Assembly (NCBI RefSeq): GCF_902713615.1
Contig: NC_052158.1
Span: forward strand, 43,177,159 to 43,241,158
Direction of reading: 5' to 3'
DNA from: Scyliorhinus canicula
Taxonomy: Eukaryota
DNA length: 64,000 bases
Part shown: positions 10,685-19,828 of the stretch, piece by piece
Position numbering within the stretch: the stretch's first letter is position 1
Layout: each line of letters begins with the position of its first letter
Made by a program: the position numbers and the translations under genes
The notes under the pieces: generated by a model
Database searches by the model: none
Seen by the model: only the letters and a program-made list of their open reading frames with translations
Told to the model about the DNA's origin: nothing

Positions 10685-13600
10685 TCACTGATGTTGACTG
10701 GCATGGACTTTTTTTCTGTGCTTGTGGTGTTGATTTATTGTCTCATCCGCCTTGGATGCTGGTGTGCTTTGCCATTGTGTACAAGTCGTTGTTTCATTGC
10801 TGTTGTTTCTGTCGTTCCTGTTTTTGTTGTTTCCGTTGCCGTACTTGTCGCTGTTTTTGTCGTTTCCGTCTTTGTTGTTGTCGCTATTTCTGCTCCTGAC
10901 TTTGTTGTGTTTGTTGCCATTCTTGTTGTTTCTGTCTCTGTCGTTGTCGCTATCTTTGTTCCTGACTTTGTTGTGTTTGTTGCCATTCTTGTTGTTTCTG
11001 CCTCTGTCGTTGTCGCTATCTTTGTGCCTGACGTTGTTGTTTGTCTTGTTGCGCTTCATGTTGCTTTTATTCTTGCTGTTGTCGTTCTCGTTTCTGCTGT
11101 GCTTCTTGCTATTGTTGTTTGTCTTGTCGCGCTTCATGTTGCTTTTCTTCTTGCTGTTGTCGTTCTCGTTTCTGCTGTGCTTCTTGCTATTGTTGTTGGT
11201 CTTGTCGCGCTTCATGTTGTTTTTGTTCTTGCTGTGTTTCTTTTGACTTTTGTTTTTCTTGTTATACTCTGTGAGTGTCCCGAGTGGATAATTTGAGTCA
11301 TTGAGCATTCCGTCTCGCGAGTGGTGCGAATGATCTGATGTTGCATCGGTGCAGGTGACATCAATCAGTTGTGGAGAATTGGATTCCGCATCTTTGCTTT
11401 CTTGGTGCTCGTCTTCCGGAGTCAAAGTCTTCTCGATTACATTTGACGCGGTGTCTGTGGACTCTCGGCGCTCCTCTTCTGGAGTCCAAATCTGCATGAT
11501 TTCAGTTGACGTGGTTTCTCTAGACTCTTGGTGCTCCGCTTCTGGAGTTAAAATCTTCATGATTTCTGTTGATGTTATCTCACTGGACTCCAGGTGCTCC
11601 TCTTCTGGAGTCAAAATCTGCATGGTTTCTTTTTGTTTGATGTCTCTGGACTCCAGGTGCTCCTCTTCTGGAGTCAGAATCTGCATGGTTTCTTTCGGCA
11701 TTGTCTCTGTGGACTCCAGGTGCTCCTCTTCTGGAGTCAAAATCTGCATGTTTTCTTTTGGCGTTGTCTCTCTGGGCTCCAGGTGCTCCTCTTCTGGAGT
11801 CAAAATCTGCATGTTTTCTTTCGGCATCGTCTCTCTGGACTGTTGGGTGGCCCGACTCTGTGCTTCTGTACAGACAAGCTGAGAACTGTCAGTCTCACTG
11901 TGATCCTGTACGTCGAGTGCGAGCACCTTGTCACTGTCTTCGCATGCAGTGGGCAGAGGTGCATTGTCTTCTTCTTGTTCCTGTGAGCGTGTTGGACTTT
12001 CATAGTCTGCTCTTGCTTCTTGTTCCTGTGAGCGTGTTGGACTTTCATAGTCTGCTTTTGGTTGCTCAGGTACAGCGGGTTTACCTTCATGGTCTTGTTC
12101 ATGCTTGGTGTCCGCCCGGGAGTGTTTGCTTGCATCCCTGTTGGCGTCTTTCATCACTCGCACTGTGGAGCCTGTCATCGCTCGCTCCGTGGAGTCTTCC
12201 TGTGCTCTCTGTGTGGCGTCGTCTTCGTCTTGGGTATTGCTGTCATCCAATGTATCGACGAGCTGCCATGGCACCATGGTGTTGGATTCATCCACCATGA
12301 GTAGAGTCGTGTTGAGCTTTGCAACGGTGTCGCTGATGCTGTGATCAGCATGTCCAAATAACTCCTCCATGTCTGAGTAGTATTCTTTGAAACCCATTTC
12401 ATCTTCGTTGGCTTCTTCTACCACGAGTTGATTCGTGTTGAACTTTGCGACCGTGTCGCTGATGCTGTGATAAGCATATCCGACTGACTCAGCTGTGTCT
12501 GAGTAGTATTCTCCGAAAACCAAATCATCCTGGTTGGATTCTTCTACCACGAGTTGATTCGTGTTGAACTTTGCGACCGTGTCGCTGATGCTGTGATAAG
12601 CATATCCGACTGACCCAGTCAGGTCTGAGAGGTAATCGTCGAAAAACAAATCATCTTTTGTTGTTTCGGAATTCTTTTTGTTCGCTTCACTGTGTGTGGT
12701 GAAGGCAGCTTTTTCCAAGGTTTTGTGCAAGTTGTTTTTCACTGTTGGTTTAAGTTCAGGCGTTTTTCTGTGTTCTGAGGCAAGAAAATTTGGTTTTACC
12801 ACTTTAAGTGTCTTGTTTTCAATTTTCGGGCATTTCCCTTTTAAGTGGGCGTGGTCAGGATTCTCAGACGTCATGACGTCACGCGTAGGAACGACTTGCA
12901 CATGCGCAAATCGGCTTTCTTTCCTTGTGCGGTTCGGTGTCCATTGCGCATGCGCGGCTTGCGCATGCGCATGACGGTCCGCGACGAAGACTTTTTTTGA
13001 CTGCGCATGCGCGGCTTGCGCATGCGCATAACGATCGGCACCGCGATCTTTTGTAAACTGCGCATGCGCGACTTCCGGTTCCGGCGCACGCGCGACTTCC
13101 GGTTCCGGCGCATGCGCAACTTCCGGTTCCGGCGCATGCGCAGATGCGATTTGTAGTTCTTTGCTTACCAGAGACTGCAAAATGTGCTCCAACGCCATTT
13201 TATCGCGGATTTCAGCGTTTTTTTTTTCTAAAAGTTGTAAGTTACCTTTTCTTACCGATCTGGACTGGATTTCAGCGTTTTGGCTTTGTGAAAAATTCAT
13301 GTTATTTCTTCTTTTTGATCTGTACTGTGCATTCGCGATTTCCTGATCTTTTTGTGATTTTTTAAGTCTTGCATCACTCAGTCTCTGTGCAGGTTGGACT
13401 GTGAGCATGCCTTGCTGTTCAAATTTCTCACAGTACTCTTCAAATTTGTTTAGTAACGTTTGTAAGCTGTTCCTGTCTTCACCTTTTGAGTGTTTAAATC
13501 CATTATACACTTTCCTATTGACAGGCCCTTCGATGAGAATTGCTATTTTAATTTTGTCTGAGACTTCTGCAACATCATTAGCTATGAGATAAAAATCGAA

Positions 13601-13732
13601 CATTTGTTTAAACCTTTTCCAGACATTTCTTACATTACCAGTCGTGTCCAGCTGAGGTGGGTATCCATGCCACATCCTCGAATTAGCGATGTCTTCCCCA
13701 GTCAAATGTCCAGTAGGAGATTTCCATGCCAT
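10685..13732 (-). CDS. 1015-aa Gypsy Gag N-terminal domain fused to a tandem-repeat low-complexity tail
   Basis: PPQLDTTGNVRNVWKRFKQMFDFYLIAND...KIAIL...LLNKFEEYC resembles the Gypsy Gag N-terminus; good Kozak (AAAATGG) about 50 nt after the PBS; seven types of in-frame repeat follow. Confidence 0.85.
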   Translation of the reverse strand: MAWKSPTGHLTGEDIANSRMWHGYPPQLDTTGNVRNVWKRFKQMFDFYLIANDVAEVSDKIKIAILIEGPVNRKVYNGFKHSKGEDRNSLQTLLNKFEEYCEKFEQQGMLTVQPAQRLSDARLKKSQKDQEIANAQYRSKRRNNMNFSQSQNAEIQSRSVRKGNLQLLEKKNAEIRDKMALEHILQSLVSKELQIASAHAPEPEVAHAPEPEVARAPEPEVAHAQFTKDRGADRYAHAQAAHAQSKKVFVADRHAHAQAAHAQWTPNRTRKESRFAHVQVVPTRDVMTSENPDHAHLKGKCPKIENKTLKVVKPNFLASEHRKTPELKPTVKNNLHKTLEKAAFTTHSEANKKNSETTKDDLFFDDYLSDLTGSVGYAYHSISDTVAKFNTNQLVVEESNQDDLVFGEYYSDTAESVGYAYHSISDTVAKFNTNQLVVEEANEDEMGFKEYYSDMEELFGHADHSISDTVAKLNTTLLMVDESNTMVPWQLVDTLDDSNTQDEDDATQRAQEDSTERAMTGSTVRVMKDANRDASKHSRADTKHEQDHEGKPAVPEQPKADYESPTRSQEQEARADYESPTRSQEQEEDNAPLPTACEDSDKVLALDVQDHSETDSSQLVCTEAQSRATQQSRETMPKENMQILTPEEEHLEPRETTPKENMQILTPEEEHLESTETMPKETMQILTPEEEHLESRDIKQKETMQILTPEEEHLESSEITSTEIMKILTPEAEHQESRETTSTEIMQIWTPEEERRESTDTASNVIEKTLTPEDEHQESKDAESNSPQLIDVTCTDATSDHSHHSRDGMLNDSNYPLGTLTEYNKKNKSQKKHSKNKNNMKRDKTNNNSKKHSRNENDNSKKKSNMKRDKTNNNSKKHSRNENDNSKNKSNMKRNKTNNNVRHKDSDNDRGRNNKNGNKHNKVRNKDSDNDRDRNNKNGNKHNKVRSRNSDNNKDGNDKNSDKYGNGNNKNRNDRNNSNETTTCTQWQSTPASKADETINQHHKHRKKVHASQHQ
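12865..13145. promoter_or_regulatory. CpG-rich cluster of NRF1-, ETS/GABP- and CRE-like motifs inside the A1 ORF
   Basis: TGACGTCA at 12874-12881, about seven GCGCATGCGC cores, three ACTTCCGG in a 24-bp tandem. Same cluster in A2 near 36360-36640. Confidence 0.45.
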
Positions 13733-14067
13733 TTTGTGCTTTCTGTATCTGCAGCTGAGTTGTCCTGTCGTAAGCGTCCTGAAATCACTGCTGGTACCAT
13801 GTGTTGTTCCTCGTGTCTTAATAAAGCTCGCAGTCTCAAGTGTGGAGAAGATGCTTTATTGTGGGTTCGTTCAGTTTCCAGAGCTCGACCTAGAACTACC
13901 TTCCAGTGCTAACTACCAGCTTTGCTTGCTGTATGTCCTGCTTACCAGCCCCCCTGCTGTGAAGAGTGTGTCCTCACTTCCTGTCCTGATCTATTTATAT
14001 GGCTCTCCCGTGCTCCCTCTAGTGGTCGCTCAGTTGTGTTGCATCTGGTTAACTTGTGATCACCACA

Positions 14068-14445
14068 CTGATCACATTCCAGGGGCGGTGGCGGAGGTGG
14101 CTGTGGGGGCTGTGGAGGCTGTGGGGGCTGTGGGGGCTTTTGACGTCCCCCGCAATTGAACATGTTCCTCATCCTAATCGTCCCCCTCCCCCCCAACCTT
14201 GCTTCGCATTGCTGACCGGCGCCGGGGGGAGGAGTAGCATTCTTACATTTCTTATATTCTTTACATTCCCTTTTTAAGACCTCTACTGTTTTAACAATTC
14301 CCCCTTTGGTGAGGCCAATACCCAATTTTGAGGCATTTGCCTGCCAGCTAGCCAGTATAGATGCATCTTTCATTAACTGACAGTATTCCCTCCACAAGGC
14401 AATTAATTTCTTTGCGGTGGGTTCTTGATAATACAGAAAAATGTG
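14068..14445 (-). pseudogene. gag: ERV gag N-terminal fragment with proline-rich segment
   Basis: KKLIALWREYCQLMK...QKPPQPPQPPQPPQPPPPPP, interrupted by A1; a short remnant continues at ~9830-9963 before the deletion into pol. Confidence 0.65.
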
Positions 14446-15212
14446 TCATTTGAAACATGAAAGTCTGGCAATATCTGGTTTAAGAGGGTACAGGGAGAGA
14501 TCCCACAAAAGGTTAATAGCAGCTGCAAAGAGCAGGGTTATAAAATGCAGATTCCTGCGCACAAGCAGGCCTCAGCAGACACACAGGCTTCATGTGGTAA
14601 GCTAAAACAATGGCTCACACCTTCATGGAATGTAACTATCTCAGAAAGCATCTGAAAAGCATGGATGAGAGTTTCAATTGCATTAAGTGACGAATGTTTA
14701 AAACAGGCAAGTCTTTCAAGTCACAACCAAGTTAAATTTTAGCATACAGCTAAGAGCAAAGTTTCACACCTTAATTGAAATAAACTCTCTTAGTAAACAG
14801 CTGGAAAGAATGGAAGATGCTCAGTCGAATTTAGTGTCAATTTAAGGGGTAAAATTCTACGAACATCAAGTTAATTAAAAGAAAATTGGAGATGACCTGG
14901 CTACGAGAAACATCATTTAAGTCAAAATCAAAGGCAAAGTTATGAACTGGGGACAATTGGAAAATTAAACGATTTGAAATCACAGAAATAAAAGTTAACT
15001 ATTGAAACAAAAGCATTTTTTAAATCAAATCTGAGAGGAGACGATATGCCTGAAATGAATAACGAGTTGTAGTAAGATGTTTACATCAAAGATACTTTTA
15101 AACTATCAAAGTGAAACAAGCCCATATACAATACAGTCGTTAAAACTTAATAACTCTTCGAAAGAGAATATAAACCCAGGGAGCAGAAGCAGCAGCACTC
15201 TGTCACAGCAAC

Positions 15213-15258
<46 letters not shown>

Positions 15259-15511
15259 CGCAGCCTGCTGGAGAAAGACAAGGAAATCTGTAACTGACTT
15301 TGTAAGCAAATATCAACGATAACCCACTAGGATAGACAAGGAAAGCAGCCAAATTTAAACAGCTAATACAACTCAAGAAGACCAGATTTTAAGTGGTTAT
15401 TAGCTTACTTCACTTCCTTAATAACACAGGACCCAGGACACCAATGCTATTAAGGGGTAAGTAGGTAAAATTCTTCGGTGAAGGTATGGGTTATACCGGG
15501 GGATAGGCTCC

Positions 15512-15750
15512 GAGAACCCCGCCCGTAACTTCCAGAGAACGCTGCCTGGAATCACGGCGGCAGTCCCGTCCGGAGCCCACAGCCCGTTAACCGTCCCCTA
15601 GCAATCCTGAGAACCCCGCCCGTAACTCCAGCGAACGCTGCCTGGAATCACGGCGGCTCCTCAGGCTGCCCCTAGCAGTCCTGGCAACCCCGCCCGTAAC
15701 TCCAGCGAACGCTGCCTGGAATCACGGCGGCAGTCCCAGGCTGCCCCTAG
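15512..15750. repeat. Three imperfect tandem repeats (~45-nt core) in the ERV leader, next to a splice donor
   Basis: Core AACCCCGCCCGTAACTCCAGCGAACGCTGCCTGGAATCACGGCGG x3; minus-strand donor G|GTAAGT at 15775-15781. Confidence 0.85.
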
Positions 15751-16046
15751 AGACGATAACCACAGGGTTCACTCACTTACCCTCTTTAAAACGGGTTCGC
15801 TGGACTGACCTGGATCTCGCAGAGGCTTCTCGACAACCAACGGCAAGGCTGAGCAACGATCAAACTGGTAGTAGGCGAATACCAAGGTGGAAAACAAATT
15901 TTTACTCACGTTGGGGGCCAAATTCGTCCTCTACTTTGAACGAGCTCAGTCGATTATGCCGGTTAGTTGCGCAGACCCCTCTGGAGATCCCCATACAGGC
16001 CACCAAATGTGAATTGCGCTTTCACGTATCTGATCGTCAGTCCAGA

Positions 16047-16704
16047 AGTAAAACACTCGAACACGTCAGTAACGAATATTCGTTTATTTACGGCCGGGAC
16101 AAATCTCTAAGCAGTCGGGTAACTACCTTCGAGAAGTGCAAAAGTCCAAAATATGGACTGTCTCTTTATACAATCACAGCTTAGAGGTGGTCCCTTTAAA
16201 TTCCTAGATACACCTATGATTTGGCAAGGATCCAGAACATGTACATATATGGAATTATTCTTCGAGGTCGGGAGGTTATTTTTGACATAATCATTAGCAC
16301 AAGTCACTATCAATATTAATACAAAGGTTTTTGTATCCCATGGCCATATGGCTCAACTCACTCTAAAGACAGTCCCTCTTACATTTCAATGTTTATTCGT
16401 TCCAACTGGTCAAACGAGCTTAATTATGTTATCTCTGCAATAAAGTAACGGTTCCCATTCATTCCATTCTTTGCCTTTTTGACCTCTCTGCTTTTACAGA
16501 TACGGGTCAGAACATTAATTAGTACCAATGCCACACTCCCTATATTCCATCCCATAACCTTCTGACATCTTTGCTTTTACAGATGCCGGTCAGACACACT
16601 CCCTTTATTTCATCCCTTGACCTGTTGACATCTCTTTCACAGAGCTTTTCAGAACTGTTATATTAACCCTATCAGCGAAGTTCCAAATGAAATCCACTTC
16701 TACA
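16047..16704 (-). repeat. ERV 5' LTR (658 bp)
   Basis: Near-identical to 6156-6813; followed on the minus strand by TC-TGGACTGACGATCAG at the PBS position. Confidence 0.95.
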
Positions 16705-17106
16705 ACTTCATTGCAGTGTTAATGTAAACCTACTTTAACACTAATAAAGTTTATTATCATTGTAAAGAAACCAAAACTGCACACAGTATTCAACATGTGC
16801 TCTCATCAATACTCTGTATAACTGAAGCATAGCATCCTAACCTTTATGTTCTATTTTTCTCACAACAAATGACATAGCCTTCTAATCGCTAGACCTTTTG
16901 TGACTCATGCACGAGAACACCTAGTTCCTCCTGCACCGCAGAATTCTGCAGAGTTCTCCGTCAAAGTCACACTGCATTTTTATTCTTCCTGCTCAAGGGA
17001 ACAGCTTCACATTTCCCACATTATACTTCTACCAGAGTTTTGCCCACTCAACCTATTCATATCCATCTGTCCTCTCCTTGTGTCCTTTTCACAACGCCCT
17101 TTCCTA
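16705..17106. repeat. 402-bp host duplication, right copy
   Basis: Matches 5754-6155 and runs directly into a CR1 remnant (17107-17270, minus) on its right. Confidence 0.95.
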
Positions 17107-17320
17107 CCTATCTTTGTGTCATCTGCAAATTTAGCAACTATGCCTTCGCTCCCCTCATGTAAATCATTGATATAAATGGTAAAACGTTGAGCCCCCAGGA
17201 CAGACCCCCGCAGGACTCCACTTGTCACATCCTGCTAATCGTATGCCAATTATATTTTGTTTATTCTGTAACATCACGTTGGTTAATTGTACCCATGCTG
17301 TTTCCTGTCTCTTCTCACAG

Positions 17321-17602
17321 TTCCCCCTCAGATTGCCATCTATTCTGAAGATATTGTAGAATGGGGACAGCCCAACACGTTGATCTGTTTGGCCGATAGA
17401 TTCTTCCCTCCGCACATCTCCATGACGTGGAGAAAAAACAATGAAGAACTGACTGACGGAGTCAACCTCACAGAGTTCTATATTAAAAAGGATTATTCCT
17501 ACCAAAGATTCACATACCTGAGCTTCATCCCCAGTCCAGGAGACATGTATTCCTGTCATGTGGAACATCAAGGTCTGGAGGAGCCAACAACTGTGTTCTG
17601 GG
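17321..17602 (+). CDS. mhc2a: MHC class II alpha chain, alpha-2 (C1-set Ig) exon
   Basis: Acceptor TTTCCTGTCTCTTCTCACAG, donor GTTAGT, phase 1/1, 282 bp, open: VPPQIAIYSEDIVEWGQPNTLICLADRFFPP...W...YSCHVEHQGLEEPTTVFW. Both Ig cysteines and the Trp are present; close to nurse-shark class IIA as recalled. Confidence 0.93.
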
Positions 17603-17819
17603 GTTAGTAAGAATTTGATTATCTCGGAGCTGACTTTAATACTAATTCATGACAAGCTGCCGTGTAATACTCAAACGTCATTCTTATTCTTTCTTTTTTA
17701 ATGTATATTGGCTGCCATATTTCCTAAATAACAAAATGACTATACTGCAGAAGTACTTAATTAACTGTAAAGCACTTTGGAAATGTAGGTATGAAAAGTG
17801 CAATGTAAATGCAAATAGG

Positions 17820-18635
17820 GGGCAGAATTTAATGCTTTTTGCACAGTGATGTTGGTTGTGGTGACAAAAACTGGCATGCAGCTCCCCAACTGCACAGATG
17901 GCTTTTCCCGCCAGGTAATACAGCACTCAGTGCAAAAACAAATCTGCAGGCATGGCCCACACCACTACCCTGGTGGGATGGGGCCAGAAAAACACAGCAC
18001 TGCTGGAGGTCCCGAGATAGAGGCGTCTTTTTAAAGGGTGCCCAATCTCTAATTTTTGTGAATACGACCTCCTTGTATGCACCCCAACCCACCCCATGGC
18101 CCATGAACATGGGTACTTCCTCATGGCATTGGGAACACCCCTCCCAACCCCATGAACAAGGGGGAAACAGGACAACCTCAGCCAATGGAGCTCCCCAGTG
18201 GGGCCTCTGTTGGCAGTGGGGACTGTGACAGGTTGCCACAGGGCAGTGGCAGGTGGTAGTGCCAGAGTACTGACCAGGCATGTCTCTCCCCCAAGGGGCT
18301 GTACTTACCGATGCAGCCCCAGCACGTTTGCTTTTGCCTGGTTCCCAGTTTTTAAAAACCTGTTGTAAATCTTACAATGTGACGTCACGTCGGCGAGATT
18401 AGTGATCCGAATGTGTGGGATTATGCAGTGGGAAAGCTATTTACTAAGATGATAATTTATTTAAATGAAGTTCCTGACCTTTCTGGGCTGGAATCTCTTT
18501 GACACTGGAGGGGTCAATAGGATCACGATTCTTGTCGGCAAGATTTACGTTTTTCTGAGTTTCGCGATATTCTTCACCCATGTCGCCATTTGCCCTCGCG
18601 ATGAACGTGGATGCAAAACCGTGGCCATAATTTTA
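17820..18635. mobile_element. GC-rich non-autonomous DNA-transposon-like (Harbinger/MITE-type) remnant
   Basis: GGGCAGAATTT start like the other MITE termini in the window; no coding signal. Confidence 0.4.
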
Positions 18636-18715
18636 CTTTTTAAAAGTTAATTTGCATTGAATGAGCAAATAGAAAATCCTTCTTTAGCCAATGTTCTGCT
18701 CTTGTCAAGGTCAAA

Positions 18716-19828
18716 TACAGGTCGAGCATCCATTGTCTAAAATCCTTGGGGCTGACATTGTTTTGGATTTCAGATAAATTTGGGTTTTGGGTACCACATT
18801 TAGGACAGGATATTTATATTACAATATCAAAGCCTAAGCTGGCTATAGTCTAAAATTAATAAAATGGCTATAAAAGTAATATATATCATTGAATAATGTA
18901 TGCAGGTACTTGTAATAAGTTCCCACCCATGGCACCACCTGTGATTCTGTTTGTAGGAATGTTGATGTACTCTTCTGGGTAGAATTCTTGAATGTCTCTT
19001 CCAGCTTCATCGGCCTCATCAACAATAGTTTTTGTTTCATCAATTTGTCTTTTATTTCATAGATTAACATTATTTATTGCTCATTTATAATTGATCAAGT
19101 GCATCTATCAAGCTTTTACACACCTTGATAATATTAGGCAGAATTCTACAGGCCTTTCTGCCAGCGAGACCTTCTGGTCCCGCGGGAGCTGACCCCCTCT
19201 GCGGGTCCCCAACAGCTGCATGGGTGAGGAATGGAAATCTCCATCAACTTTGGTGGGATCATAAGATCCCACCTGCGGCCGATGGTGAGCCACCACCACC
19301 CTGGGAAAACCCACCGCTGGAAGGCTGAAGAACTCTGCCTACTGTCTAAGGGCACTTTCTCTACTGTAGTGAAGTCACTACATCACCCTCATCATCACTG
19401 TTTTTAAACAAGCTAGTCTTAATGTAACATCATTTCTGTCATCTCCCCATCAGTCAAAGAATGCCTGATGGGATTCCAGCTCATTCATGCATTCTATTGA
19501 GATACCTTTTGCAGACTTGAGTTGGTTGACTAGATTTCTTTCCTTGTTCACATAAAAACCTGCAAAGCCTTTGTCAATATTATCATCTTCAATGTACCTT
19601 GTTATGGGTCAAAGGTACTGCCAGCCATTTGCAAAGGTGTCTTTATCAAGAAGGAAGCAGGCATTAGCAGAAACATAGCTGGCATCCTGAACTGCTTTTG
19701 GAAGCCCCACGCCCAGGACCCTGTTCATAGCACCAAGCATACCATTCAAGAATAAGTCTTCATATTTACATTTCATGGACTGAAGAAAACCTTGGTCCAA
19801 CGTCAGAATTAATGATGTTACATTGGGG
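18716..19828 (-). pseudogene. Tigger/pogo (Jerky-like) transposase, C-terminal piece and 3' end
   Basis: PNVTSLILTLDQGFLQSMKCKYEDLFLNGML...DASYVSANA..LDKDTFANGWQYL; CAGGTCGAGCATCC TIR-like end near 18717; small MITE at ~19135-19325. Confidence 0.75.

Larger units (their letters stand above)
9964..14067 (-). mobile_element. Non-autonomous Gag-only LTR element, copy A1 (4104 bp)
   Basis: 268-bp LTRs 9964-10231 and 13800-14067 (TG...CA, 1 mismatch); 5-bp TSD CTGAT (9959-9963, 14068-14072); PBS TGGTACCAGCAGTG resembling tRNA-Leu(TAA); PPT GAGAAAAAGGGGGA at 10232-10245; no pol. Confidence 0.95.
6156..16704 (-). mobile_element. Internally deleted class I (epsilon/gamma-like) endogenous retrovirus carrying a nested LTR element
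   Basis: 658-bp LTRs at both ends; PPT CAAAGGGGGGAA (minus) at 6814-6825; minus-strand order leader, gag fragment, RT connection, RNase H, IN, env fragments. About 6.4 kb without the nested element. Confidence 0.95.

Noticed and set aside
10618-11296. Plus-strand Val/Leu/Phe-rich and Cys-rich ORFs (also 21520-21841 and 33789-34211) that look like membrane or metallothionein-like proteins
   Set aside because: They are the antisense shadow of the Asn/Lys/Asp/Arg repeats of the minus-strand ORF. The Gag homology, Kozak ATG, PBS and PPT all point to the minus strand.
11349-11882. Regular 63-bp direct repeats superficially like a CRISPR array
   Set aside because: Head-to-tail coding repeats with no unique spacers and no cas genes, in eukaryotic context.
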